Source: Macrostomum lignano
Taxonomy: Eukaryota
Direction: 5' to 3'
Assembly (NCBI GenBank): GCA_002269645.1
Contig: NIVC01001985.1
Coordinates: 1-34,805 of the forward strand
DNA length: 34,805 nucleotides
A model generated the notes under the pieces. It made no database searches and was not told the origin of the DNA. It saw nothing but the letters and a program-made list of their open reading frames with translations. Positions 1-16,891 of this stretch are shown piece after piece. The position numbers were made by a program, and so were the translations under genes. The number at the start of each line of letters is the position of its first letter. Within the stretch, counting starts at the first letter, position 1.

Positions 1-127
1 GTATTTATGAAACAAAACATATTAACAACAATAGCACTTAAACTAAGCTCAATTTTAAATACAATTCTCAGATAAGACTCAGTATTGGCTACAGAAAAGC
101 TAATCAGAAGCGTTGAGGACGTCTGCA

Positions 128-1460
128 GCTCCAGTCCCCATCTCCATCTTCACTCCCTAGCTTCATCCTCAGTCCCCAGCTCCATCTCCAGTCCCCATCT
201 CCATCTCCAATCCCCATCTCCAGTCCCCATCTCCATCTCCAGTCCCCATCTCCATCTCCAATCCCCATCTCCAGTCCCTATCTCCATCTTCAGTCCCCAT
301 CTCCATCTCCAGTCCCTATCTCCATCTTCAGTCCCCAGCTCCATCTTCGGTCCCAGATCCATCTTCAGTCCCCAGCTCCATCTTCAGTCCCTAGCTCCAT
401 CTTCAGTCCCCAGATCCATCTTCGGTCCCCAGCTCCATCTCCAGTCCCCAGATCCATCTTCAGTCCCCAGCTTTATCTTCAGTCCCTAGCTCCATCTTCA
501 GTTCCCAGCTTTATCTTCAGTCCCCAGCTTCATCTTCAGTCCCCAGATCCATCTTCAGTCCCTAGCTTCATCTTTAGTCCCTAGCTTCATCCTCAGTCCC
601 CAGCTTTATCTTCAGTCCCTAGATCCATCTTCACTCCCTAGCTTCATCTTTAGTCCCTAGCTTCATCCTCAGTCCCCAGCTTTATCTTCAGTCCCTAGCT
701 CCATCTTTAGTCCCTAGCTTCATCCCCAGTCCCTATCTCCATCTTCAGTCCCCAGCTCCATCTTCGGTCCCCAGATCCATCTTCAGTCCCCAGCTCCATC
801 TTCAGTCCCTAGCTCCATCTTCAGTCCCCAGATCCATCTTCGGTCCCCAGCTCCATCTCCAGTCCCCAGATCCATCTTCAGTCCCCAGCTTTATCTTCAG
901 TCCCCAGCTTCATCTTCAGTCCCCAGATCCATCTTCAGTCCCTAGCTTCATCCTCAGTCCCCAGCTTCATCCTCAGTCCCCAGCTTTATCTTCAGTCCTA
1001 GATCCATCTTCACTCCCTAGCTTCATCTTTAGTCCCTAGCTTCATCCTCAGTCCCCAGCTTCATCTTCAGTCCCCAGATCCATCTTCAGTCCCTAGCTTC
1101 ATCCTCAGTCCCCAGCTTCATCCTCAGTCCCCAGCTTTATCTTCAGTCCCTAGATCCATCTTCACTCCCTAGCTCCATCTTTAGTCCCTAGCTTCATCCT
1201 CAGTCCCAGCTTTATCTTCAGTCCCTAGCTCCATCTTTAGTCCCTAGCTTCATCCTCAGTCCCTAGCTCCATCTTCAGTCCCCAGCTTTATCTTCAGTCC
1301 CTAGATCCATCTTCACTCCCTAGCTCCATCTTTAGTCCCTAGCTTCATCCTCAGTCCCCAGCTTTATCTTCAGTCCCTAGCTCCATCTTTAGTCCCTAGC
1401 TTCATCCTCAGTCCCTAGCTCCATCTTCAGTCCCCAGCTTCATCTCCAGTCCCCAGCCTC
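128..1460. repeat. Minisatellite, ~19-20 bp unit (tccatcttcagtccccagc and variants)
   Basis: Dozens of adjacent units; ORFs 85..489 and 150..362 are translations of the repeat. Confidence 0.97.
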
Positions 1461-1490
1461 AGCTCAGCATGAAACAGACTCGTAGCAGCC

Positions 1491-2966
1491 TCAATCCTCA
1501 TCCACAGGCACAACTCGGCCATTTCGCACAGTAATCTGTCGAGTGCCGCAGCATTCGTCCAGCAGTCCCCGACTGTCCGAGCTGAGGTTGTCGGCGCCAT
1601 CACCCAGCGGTCTCAGCCGGCGCAGCAGGTCCCGCGCCTCGGGGCAATCCTGGCACAGATTTCTTATAGCCAAAGCGGCCCACTGCCTCAAACAGGGATT
1701 CTTATCGTCTAAAGCTAAGCAGTTCAACAGCTCCGGTAGGCCGCCTTCTTTCACTATTGCCAACTGAAATGGCGGATTGGAGTAGGCGGCATTGGCCAGG
1801 AAGCGGACCAGAGCGGTTTTCAATGCCGCTCCCGGATGCGACAGCGCCGCTTCGTAGACCGGATCGGCGTCCGACTGCGACGACGACGATAAAAGGCGGC
1901 GCCGGTCGACTGCGAACGGACCGGCAGGGTTGGCGCGGCCGGCCAAGTCGGCGCAGCGCAACAGCTGGCAAGCCAGGCGGGCCAGGCCCAGATCCCGGCG
2001 GAGGCTGGACGCTACATCATCATCATCATCATCATCATGAGTCTGACCAGCTTGCCAATTGGCCAACGGTCGGCCCAGCAGATCGCAGGCGCAGAAGAAC
2101 AGAGCGGAGCCGGACTCCAGGCTAACCGGATCGGCTCGAACTGTGCACAGCAGCTGGCTGGCGTAGCTTCTCAGGTGCTCAAGCAGGCGGCGCCAGGCGG
2201 CTCTGGACAGGGGAGGCGGCTCCGGCTGGGACTGTACAGCCAAGTGGAGCAGCTGGGCCAAGCAGTCCTGAGCAGCTGGCGCCGGCTGCATTTCGGACAG
2301 GCGCAGCTCCGGCATCAGCAGGCGGGAGCCGCAGTCAGTGCCAAGAAGCTCGCGCAGAGCCAACAGCCGGTCTCCTGCGCAGCTGCCGCTATCCTCTTCC
2401 ACTCCGCAGACTGTCAGCAGCTCCTGACGAACAAAGACCGCAGCCTGTTCCTCCGCAGCCGGATTGGCAGCCAGGCATTGGGAGCCGGACCGGCTGGAGC
2501 TCAGCAGCACCAGCAGCAGGCTGAGACAGGCGGCTGGACGGTCGCGATCTCGCTGCTGCAGAGACAGCACAAGCCGGCACAGGCTGCTCAGCCAGTCAGT
2601 CACGTGACCAGCTAGCCGACTCCCCGACGATCTTTCAACACTGTCCAAGGAGTCAAAGGCGCAGGCGTTGTACACCGTCTGAATGGCTACAGACGCGGTC
2701 ACGGATGCGTCGGGCTGCTGAGCAGGACAGCGTTCTGCGCTTTGTACAACCGCGGCTAGGAAGCGCTCAGCCAAGGTGTCATCAACAACCAGCTGACTTC
2801 GGAACTCGCCGCACAGAGCGGCCATCGATCTGGCAGCCCGGAGCAGCCGCAGGGCTGAGTCACTGGAGTCCGACTGCTGCTGCTGCTCGATGCTCAATAG
2901 CAATTCGTTGCATTCGGCTAGAGTCATCCGCGCCGCATCATCCGGTTGAGTAGCTCTTGTTGCCAT
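1491..2966 (-). CDS. ATXN10: Ataxin-10 homologue, intronless, 491 aa
   Basis: C-terminal LKTALVRFLANAAYSNPPFQ...GGLPELLNCLALDDKNPCLRQWAALAIRNLCQD matches the ataxin-10 domain (human K..LIRLIGNLCYKN...GIPLIL..C...SNPFLTQWVIYAIRNLTED); Leu-rich ARM-like body; expected length. Confidence 0.9.
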   Translation of the reverse strand: MATRATQPDDAARMTLAECNELLLSIEQQQQSDSSDSALRLLRAARSMAALCGEFRSQLVVDDTLAERFLAAVVQSAERCPAQQPDASVTASVAIQTVYNACAFDSLDSVERSSGSRLAGHVTDWLSSLCRLVLSLQQRDRDRPAACLSLLLVLLSSSRSGSQCLAANPAAEEQAAVFVRQELLTVCGVEEDSGSCAGDRLLALRELLGTDCGSRLLMPELRLSEMQPAPAAQDCLAQLLHLAVQSQPEPPPLSRAAWRRLLEHLRSYASQLLCTVRADPVSLESGSALFFCACDLLGRPLANWQAGQTHDDDDDDDVASSLRRDLGLARLACQLLRCADLAGRANPAGPFAVDRRRLLSSSSQSDADPVYEAALSHPGAALKTALVRFLANAAYSNPPFQLAIVKEGGLPELLNCLALDDKNPCLRQWAALAIRNLCQDCPEARDLLRRLRPLGDGADNLSSDSRGLLDECCGTRQITVRNGRVVPVDED

Positions 2967-3086
2967 GGCGACTGCTGTCGCTGAAGCAAATAATCAATAG
3001 GACACTATCTGAATCTAGGAAAATTTTATGAAGTCTCACTTTTGCGAGAAAAATCCCGATGCTATTATAGATACTAAGCGTGTGCT

Positions 3087-3312
3087 CTATAATAATAAAT
3101 AATATCTGAAGGCTGCGTACGGCTGTTCAGTCCAAGGATTGGGGGGTTGCCACACACCCTCAATTACCCAGCTAATGCTGGCACCCATTTTACAGCTAGG
3201 GGAACTGAAGCAATGCAGAGTTCAGTGTCTTGCTGCAAGGACACAAATTGTTCCCAAGTGGGTCGAGAATCGAACCTCCGACCCCACTGTAACCACCAGG
3301 CTACAAACACTT
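3087..3312 (-). mobile_element. tRNA-derived SINE with CORE-like central domain and (ATT)n tail
   Basis: Minus strand: box A TAGCCTGGTGG (3303-3293), box B GGTTCGATTCT (3276-3266), then TGTGTCCTTGCAGCAAGACACTGAACTCT...CTTCAGTTCCCCTAGCTGTAAAATGGG, resembling the CORE/MIR consensus; TATTATTATTA-like tail near 3090. Confidence 0.75.
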
Positions 3313-3523
3313 GTATGTCCTCTATGCTACAGTCTAAAAGATCTGCTCCATTCCTTGTTTTATAGACACGCTTAGTTAATACAAGAAACAGGTTGAAAAA
3401 AATTTAAAATTTGCCTCGTAGCAAACATTTTTAGACCCGTGGTCCGTAGTGTATATATTTAGAAAATTGGATTAGACAACGACAAAAATGCACTAAAAGA
3501 ATCCATATAATTGCATCCAGCAA

Positions 3524-3937
3524 TCAGATAGGCTTAGCGCCCAGCTTAGCTAAACTGCTAGCCAATATTTTCTGCTTTCGAACAGTCGAATCGGCCGAAT
3601 AGAATCGGGTTAGAAATTTGGCCGCGCATCTGACTGTGCCGCTGCAGTGCAGAGTTGCTATGGCAACCCGGGAGCCGTGCAATGACTTCACGAAGGGCAG
3701 AGCGGAGGCCAGGTAGCGATGCGTGTCGCGGCTCACTCGGAGCACCAGGACGCCGGTGTCGCGGCTCCAGTCCACCAGTTTGAGTCGGTTCACAACCCGG
3801 CCAAGGCCGAGGGCTCCGTGCAGCGTCAGCACGGATTCTCGGACAGCCGCAATCAGCTCGCCTTCGCCAGCCTGAGCTGCGGCCTGCCGATTCTCGGCCA
3901 CCAACTCGCAGGTCAGGTAGCGGTACTTCTTGCGCAC
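3524..3937 (-). CDS. POP5: RNase P/MRP subunit POP5; frame opens at GTG directly after an AG acceptor, no genomic ATG
   Basis: VRKKYRYLTCELV...VRESVLTLHG..G...TGVLVLR...YLASALPFV...TLHCSGTVRCAAKFL aligns with human MVRFKHRYLLCELV...TGIVLLR...SALPFI...TLHVGGTIRTCQKFL. Confidence 0.92.
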   Translation of the reverse strand: MRKKYRYLTCELVAENRQAAAQAGEGELIAAVRESVLTLHGALGLGRVVNRLKLVDWSRDTGVLVLRVSRDTHRYLASALPFVKSLHGSRVAIATLHCSGTVRCAAKFLTRFYSADSTVRKQKILASSLAKLGAKPI

Positions 3938-3975
3938 CTGGAGTCCGTAGCGAACTCAGTGTTATTAAGGAGTAA

Positions 3976-5263
3976 AGAGGGATAAACAATCGGGTAGAAC
4001 TGGGGAGAGAGTGAGGGACAGAGGGATAAACAATCGGGTAGAACTGGGGAGAGAGTGGGGGCCAGAGGGATAAACAACCGGGTAGAACTGGGGAGAGGGA
4101 GGGACAGAGGGATAAACAATCGGGTAGAACTGGGCACAGTGAGGGACAGAGGGATAAACAATCGGGTAGAACTGGGGAGAGAGTGAGGGACAGAGGGATA
4201 AACAATCGGGTAGAACTGGGGAGAGTGGGGGACAGAGGGATAAACAATCGGGTAGAACTGGGGAGAGTGGGGGACAGAGGGATAAACAATCGGGTAGAAC
4301 TGGGGAGAGAGTGAGGGACAGAGGGATAAACAATCGGGCAGAACTGGGGAGAGAGTGAGGGACAGAGGGATAAACAATCGGGCAGAACTGGGGAGAGAGT
4401 GAGGGACAGAGGGATAAACAATCGGGCAGAACTGGGGAGAGAGTGGGGGACAGAGGGATAAACAATCGGGTAGAACTGGGGAGAGAGTGAGGGACAGAGG
4501 GATAAACAATCGGGAAGAACTGGGGAGAGAGTGAGGGACAGAGGGATAAACAATCGGGTAGAACTGGGGAGAGAGTGGGGGACAGAGGGATAAACAATCG
4601 GGAAGAACTGGGGAGAGAGTGGGGGACAGAGGGATAAACAATCGGGTAGAACTGGGGAGAGTGGGGGACAGAGGGATAAACAATCGGGTAGAACTGGGGA
4701 GAGAGTGAGGGACAGAGGGATAAACAATCGGTAGAACTGGGGAGAGTGAGGGACAGAGGGATAAACAATCGGGTAGAACTGGGGAGAGAGTGGGGGACAG
4801 AGGAATAAACAATCGGGTAGAACTGGGGAGAGTGGGGGACAGAGGGATAAACAATCGGGTAGAACTGGGGAGAGAGTGGGGACAGAGGGATAAACAATCG
4901 GGAAGAACTGGGAGAGAGTGAGGGACAGAGGGATAAACAATCGGGAAGAACTGGGAAGAGAGTGAGGGACAGAGGGATAAACAATCGGGTAGTACTGGGG
5001 AGAGAGTGAGGGACAGAGGGATAAACAATCAGGTAGAACTGGGGAGAGAGTGAGGGACAGAGGGATAAACAATCGGGTAGAACTGGGGAGAGAGTGGGGG
5101 ACAGAGGGATAAACAATCGGGTAGAACTGGGGAGAGAGTGGGGGACAGAGGGATAAACAATCGGGTAGAACTGGGGAGAGTGATGGACAGAGGGATAAAC
5201 AATCGGGTAGAACTGGGGAGAGTGAAGGACAGAGGGATAAACAATCGGGTAGAATTGGAGAGA
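3976..5263. repeat. Minisatellite, 42-44 bp unit (gagggacagagggataaacaatcgggtagaactggggagagagt)
   Basis: About 30 adjacent units; ORFs 3558..5312, 3913..5028, 3965..5116 and 5029..5244 are repeat artefacts. Confidence 0.97.
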
Positions 5264-6074
5264 GTAGATGATTAAGCTTAGATAAGGGATTAGGAAACTG
5301 CATAAAGGTCACTTCTGAGCAGAAAGTTGAGCTTCAAAAAGAAACAAAGAACTGCACAGAAGTCGCGCGGTCGAAGCCAGCAAAGTCCCAAGGTAATTTG
5401 CAGTTTTATTAATCGCTACAGATAGAATTTATAAAGTACAACACAAATCAATCATTTATTGTTATCCGACAGCCGAAAACACAAAAGCAGAAGACAATTA
5501 CAGAGAGCAGAAAGAGTAAAATCAAAATTAAATTAAAAATCACCACAGATAGACTGACAAATCGATAGAAATAAAAACACATCTGGGCAGCTTTACAATG
5601 TGTTTAGAGAGCTTGAAAAGACACCAAATACATATGCATATTTTTATATTGCAGGTAGTTTAAATGTATTTTAATAATCTTATTAACCAAATTAGACTGT
5701 TTTTAAACTTATAGCTTTTATTTGCATTAATAGTTTCTATCTATCTAGTTCTAATATTTTATTTAGTACAATAAATTTACCGAGACAATACGCACTACTG
5801 ATTTAAGTAGCATCGCACACCTAAATAAGACAAAAAAACAAATAGCAAAAAACTAGTTCAATTAAATGAAAAAATTGATATTTTTAAAATGCAAGGAGCA
5901 AAAAAGAACACAGAGTCAACTAAAATGATTTCAAATTACTTAAATCTGAGGATCCTTCCTACATATTAAAATGAACGCTAGCAGAGACAGGGGGACAGTG
6001 AAATATATAAGCCAACAGAAGGCAATAAGGGAGGCAAGATTATTGGTGTGCTATTTCCCGTCATTCCCACATTA

Positions 6075-6815
6075 ACAGTGCCATTTCCCGCATCAATAGT
6101 GTTACTACCCGCATCAATAGTTCCATTTCCAGCATCAATAGTGCCATTTCCCGCATCAATAGTGTTACTACCCGCATCAATAGTTCCATTTCCAGCATCA
6201 ATAGTGCCATTTCCCGCATCAATAGTGTTACTACCCGCATCAATAGTTCCATTTCCAGCATCAATAGTGCCATTTCCCGCATCAATAGTGTTACTACCCG
6301 CATCAATAGTTCCATTTCCAGCATCAATAGTGCCATTTCCCGCATCAATAGTGTTACTACCCGCATCAATAGTTCCATTTCCAGCATCAATAGTGCCATT
6401 TCCCGCATCAATAGTGTTACTACCCGCATCAATAGTTCCATTTCCAGCATCAATAGTGCCATTTCCCGCATCAATAGTGTTACTACCCGCATCAATAGTT
6501 CCATTTCCAGCATCAATAGTGTCATTTCCAGCATCAATAGTGTCATTTCCAGCATCAATAGTGTCATTTCCAGCATCAATAGTGTCATTTCCAGCATCAA
6601 TAGTGTCATTTCCAGCATCAATAGTGTTATTTCTAGCATCAATAGTGCCATTTCCAGCATCAATAGTGCCATTTCCAGCATCAATAGTGCCATTTCCAGC
6701 ATCAATAGTGCCATCTCCAGCATCAATAGTGTTACTTCCCGGATCAATAATGCTATTTATAGCACCAATAGTGCCATTTCCCGCATCAATAATGCCATTT
6801 CCAGCATCAAGTGCC
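6075..6815. repeat. 21-bp minisatellite with a 63-bp (3 x 21) higher-order block
   Basis: Units ccgcatcaatagtgttactac / ccgcatcaatagttccatttc / cagcatcaatagtgccatttc cycle over ~6085-6520, then simpler 21-mers. Confidence 0.95.
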
Positions 6816-7253
6816 ATTTTCCGCAGAAATTGTAAGATTATTTGGAAAATAAGATTATTTGGAGCTAGTACTTAACGCATATGCTTCAGGTATGAAAACA
6901 TCTGGCGCATAATCAGAAACATCAGCGAGTAGTATAGTTAGGACATGCTGGACTTCCAAGCAGCGCGATTCGAACGAATTATACGGTACAATTAAATATA
7001 ATCAGTCACCAAAAATTCGATAACAAAATAGGCGCAAATTCAAATAAATGATTATGATTGGAATTTCAAACAAACCAAAGCAATTTCACGGACTCTTTTA
7101 CACGCCACAGTAAAACAAAGACTAACAAAGGAAGCCCCAAGTTGACAACAGAAGAGGAAATTAAAGACAGGCGGTCAATGGCGGCAATGCATTAGACATG
7201 GAATAGTCCTGCTTTACTTTGTCTATCAAACGCAGTCGGGCAGGTCAACAGTG

Positions 7254-12265
<5,012 letters not shown>

Positions 12266-12409
12266 TTACCTGAAATTGAGCGATACGGGTCTGTCATGCG
12301 GCAAGGCTCCATCATTCTGGCACCCAGTTTTTTTAGAAGCAATTGCCAATAAATGTCAATGCAGCCATTGCTAATGCCAATGCCACCAATCTGATTCCAA
12401 TGTCAGTCT

Positions 12410-12690
12410 TACAAATGCAAATACCAGCCATAACCAATGCAAATGCTTGCCATTACAAATACAAATACCAGCCATTACCAATGTAAATACCAGCCATTAC
12501 CAATGCAAATACCAGCCATTACCAATGCAAATACCAGCCATTACCAATGCAAATACCAGCCATTACCAATGCAAATGCCTGTCTTTAAAAATACAAAAGC
12601 CAGCCTTTATCAATGCCAATACCACTAATCTATCTTATGCCTTATCTTATCTTATCTTATCTATCTTATGTGAATTCTGTCAATCTTATC
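12410..12690. repeat. 22-bp tandem repeat (aatgcaaataccagccattacc) followed by a short (TTATC)n
   Basis: About 8 units upstream of ZnT7; ORFs 12437..12628 and 12447..12698 are artefacts. Confidence 0.9.
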
Positions 12691-15638
12691 CATTGTGAAG
12701 GTAATTTATTAAAAAAATGACAAACTTACAAACTGAAAATAAATATATCACTAACTCATTGACCTAAGACTACAAGATTTATGAGTAATTAGGCATTGAA
12801 AAATAAACAACACTAATATTTTGGTTCTTTAAAAAGCAAGTCTAAGTATGACATACTCACACGTTTCTTGGTGCTGCAACCCTCCAAAAATGGTCACGCA
12901 ACCCCACTGCAGGTCACAGCCCACAGGATGAGAACCATAGGATTTTTTCTATTTTATGACTTGTTATATTACTATACACTAATATATTGCTTATTTTTTA
13001 TTCCAGAATCCATTCAAAATGAGCTGCAAAGTGGTTCTTATAAGCGATATAAAAATATTGCTATATATTCTAACCAAGAAAAATATATTCCCTTATCTCT
13101 TAGCTGTGTCTAAATAAGTCTAATTTTATATTGTCTTTTTATATAGAGATAGAATAAATCCTCTTCCAATAGAATAGAATAAATTGGGATATAAATAGTA
13201 ATAAATATTTTAACTATTTGCCCTTAGGCTAGGGTAAATAAAGTACAAAATAGTATAGTATATATCAACTACAAGTCAATATTTACATTTCTATTTGCAA
13301 TATGTATGCATATAACAGTATATATGACAAGATATACTATTGTTCACAATACAAGACCCCTGGTACCCTATTGGAATAAATGGACAATTACAATTTTAGA
13401 ATTTTCCAATGTCATGTTGCGGCTAGAGTCAAGCCAAGTAATGTCATAGTGCAATAGGTAAACAGCAAGAGTAACTATGATTGTCTTATTAAGGCTAAAT
13501 GCCTCATTATCAAATTAGCACTATGCCTATGTTCAGTGCAAAAGTTAACATGTTCTGTGTCATGTTGCATTTTTGAGCTTCAATTTTAGACCCCATGTTG
13601 CGTATCTACAGGTTTCTACACTTATTCCAATAGGGCCTTGGTACCAAGGCTATAGCTGGATATGCCACTATATATCTATGTACTACCTACTAAAAAATAC
13701 TAGGATAAACAGCCAAACAAATATTATTATTGCCTTAAGTTTAGAATCAAAGAGCCTATGCTAAGAAAACTGATCTAACATTATACTTTGTTTCTTTAGC
13801 AACATTATTGTAGCCAAGGTCTGAATTAGACCCTAGACAAACTTGGGTTTTGGTCAAGTTGAGTAAGTTGAGCAAGTTGATAATGCATATATTTATAATT
13901 TGTAGGCCCTATTATATAGTAATATAACTTGATTATTTAACAAAACTTGACACTTATTTGCAAAACTTAGCAAGTCAAGACTGAGTCAAAACTTAGCAGA
14001 TATCTTCCAAGATATCTGAAATATCATGGAAAATAGTTAAATTAAATAGTTAAATAAATGTTCTACAACATGAAATGAAAATCATTTTATCTTATAAAAA
14101 TTCTTTTCATGAAAATTTCCAGAATGAAAGTTTATGTTTTTTAATTTTATGCCAATATAAAATTTAAAAAATGTACACCAAGCCTAGAGCTGTTTGAATG
14201 CCATTTTTTAGAGAATATATGTTATTAGAAAAAAAAATTACTGAACTTTAAAATGGCTGTTTTTTTATTAAAAACAGATATATTTTTTGCTTTGATTTTG
14301 TTTTTCTTATAAATTGTGTTCATATTTTCTTTTTTAGTTTCTAATCATTTTTAAAAGAGCTTTTGTTGGTTGATATTTAACTACACAATTACATTAACCA
14401 TGAACTCAAATTTTTTACATGCCAACTGTGTATACTTTATATTGAACTTGAAAATTTTATATACCAAGTATATGCCAAGATTGTCAGTGAGAACAAAAAT
14501 ATGCTAGAATTTTCTGGCATAAAAGCTACTTTCTACCTTCTAGACTATGGCCTACATTAATGGAGGTTAATCTATACTAGATGCTATCTTCAATAATGAC
14601 CATTGCTTAGCAATGTGCCTTATTATTGTTGTTGCTATTATTGTTGAGATAAAACTATAGTGTAGCCATAGGCTATTTAAATATATATATTTTTATAGGC
14701 CAATTTTATATTTGTAACAACATTACATAAATTGGCCTTGCATGCCAAAAGTAGATATGCACAGTTGGTGTGCATCACTCCTAAGAAAATAGTGTATGTG
14801 CCTACCTGGTGTACACTTTATAGAATTATGTGGAGTTACTGTGAAAAAGAAAAAATAAATGAAAAAAGTTCATAATTTCTAAACATAAATTTCAAGCTTT
14901 CTAGGTTTTTAAGCTTGTAATGAAGCACTGAAACAAATTTTTGCATGTATCAATTTTCTACTAGAAATAGTATTGTTGAAACAACAGAAAAAATTAACCA
15001 AATTATCTGCCAAAAAGGATTGATAATTATACAATTCAAAAAAGGTGATTTATTGTCACAATGTAAAAAGGTCATTTATTCTTGCAACACCAGCATAGTT
15101 TTGAAAATGGGCATGCATTTGTAGGTCTAATTATTTGATTTTTGTTTGGGTATGCACCAAGCATGATCCAGACTATGGGTTAAGCTTAATATTAGGCCTA
15201 ATACTTTATGAAAACGGACTATAAAAAAGTAGGGCTTCCTGCAGAATTGTTTGTTAAACTCATTGTATACACATTTTTTTAGTTATTGACATGAAACTTT
15301 CCAAAAATGAATATTTTCATTATGCCAACATTTTAGAAGTATTGTGATAATGACTATCACTGCTATAGTAGGGCATATCTACAGTAAAAAAAGTAGACCC
15401 TCATATTAGATATAATATTAAAATTAGGTTAGGAATTATTGTTCAAACTCTTTATAAGCTTAATTTAATTTTGTACATAGGCCCTAACATAGGCTAAGGC
15501 CAGGCCTTGCCGCCTGATGCCTTGGTCTAAAAAACAGTCACAATTCAAAGAGCAAGCTTTATTTTGGTAGGCTCTAGGCCTAGTGATCTGATTATCTTAC
15601 GACTTAGGCCCTAGCTAAGTTGGCACTATTATGAGCAT

Positions 15639-16891
15639 CAGTGATAGGCACTAGCACTGCTAAATTTGAATTCCACTAAAGTGCTGCTAACATTTTGTTA
15701 ATGCCGCTAATTCCACTAAATTGAAATTCCAATTAGCGCACACTATCAAAATGCTGCTAATATTTTTTTAGAATCACTAATTAGGCCTATGTTATGCTAA
15801 ATTAATTTTTTTACTATAAAACTAGATGGTTATTGACTGTTTAATACTTCAAATGAGACCCTATTTGAGTAATAAGTTAAAGATTACATAAATCTACCAA
15901 AATTAAATCTAATGTTTTTATTTTTCTTAGAAATGTGAAACAAAATTTGAATTTCTTTTTTTGCTTTTGCTATCACCAATTAATTTTGTTTTTTATCATT
16001 GAATTTTAAAAGTTCAATGACAAACTTTTTTACTTTTCACTTCAATGACAAGTTTTTTTACTACTTTTATTTTGTTAGCAAAAAGTTATTGATTTAGGCT
16101 ATTTCATTTCATTTAATTATTTAATCAAAGAATTCAATGTTCAACTCAGTTGATATTCTAAGCAATGATGCAAAATGACAGGCTATATCAATAGGGTGAT
16201 AGTGGGGTTAATAAATCCTGTGACCCATACCACCATTTCAAGTTGATGATCTTGCTTTCTTTCTTGAGTATAAGGACATGGCCCTGGCAAACAGCATTGT
16301 AATTTAGGAACTCTTTCTACCAACTATTGCTCTAACAATTCAGTGGCTAGAGGATTTTTTATTAGGATTGATATAATATTGATATATCAATATCAATTAT
16401 ATCAATTATTGATATATCAATAATAAAAACAAATTCAGGGGCAACAGAGCCTAATATTTGAGGGGGGCACCTGGCACAGGGCAAGGGGGCACAGGTACCT
16501 TTATAAGCTGCTAATTAGGACCTATAATCAGAAAAAACACTAAAAATTACCATGTGGACTCATTTTCTAGGGGGGCACATGCCCCCGGTGCTGCAAGCTC
16601 CTGCCACCCATGAACAAAATATTAGCCATAGCATTATTAGCTTATTCATTTAAAATGTGTGAGTTAAAAATGTGCAAAAATGCATAAATACATGTGAAAC
16701 GGCAGTTTATATTAAATTTATTTATTAATTAGGCCCCCCCTAGTGCATTTCAAAATTAGCAGTTCTAATTGTGCTAAATTAAAAGTGGAAATAGTGCCCA
16801 CTAATTAGCGATTGCAAATTTTTTTCTTCTATCAGTTAGTGACAGCACTAATTAGTGGCACTAAAAATAAATTTAGCCGTGCCCATCACTG
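15639..16891. mobile_element. Non-autonomous hAT-like DNA transposon, second family
   Basis: TIR CAGTGATAGGCAC...GTGCCCATCACTG (12/13); 8-bp TSD ATGAGCAT (15631-15638 and 16892-16899); subterminal GCTAA/CACTAA arrays at both ends. Confidence 0.88.
16436..16612. mobile_element. Degenerate MITE nested in the second hAT element
   Basis: Decayed TIRs CAGGGGCAACAG...CTGCCACCCATG; near-perfect 8-bp TSD AACAAATT / AACAAAAT; internal GGGGGGCAC(A)TGCCCCC motifs. Confidence 0.6.

Noticed and set aside
3558-5312. Long overlapping minus-strand ORFs (up to 584 aa)
   Set aside because: All three frames are translations of the 42-44 bp repeat; no domain.
5978-6817. (IDAGNGT)n ORF as an ice-binding or adhesin protein
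   Set aside because: Non-ATG start, no signal peptide; openness in several frames is explained by the 21-bp unit.
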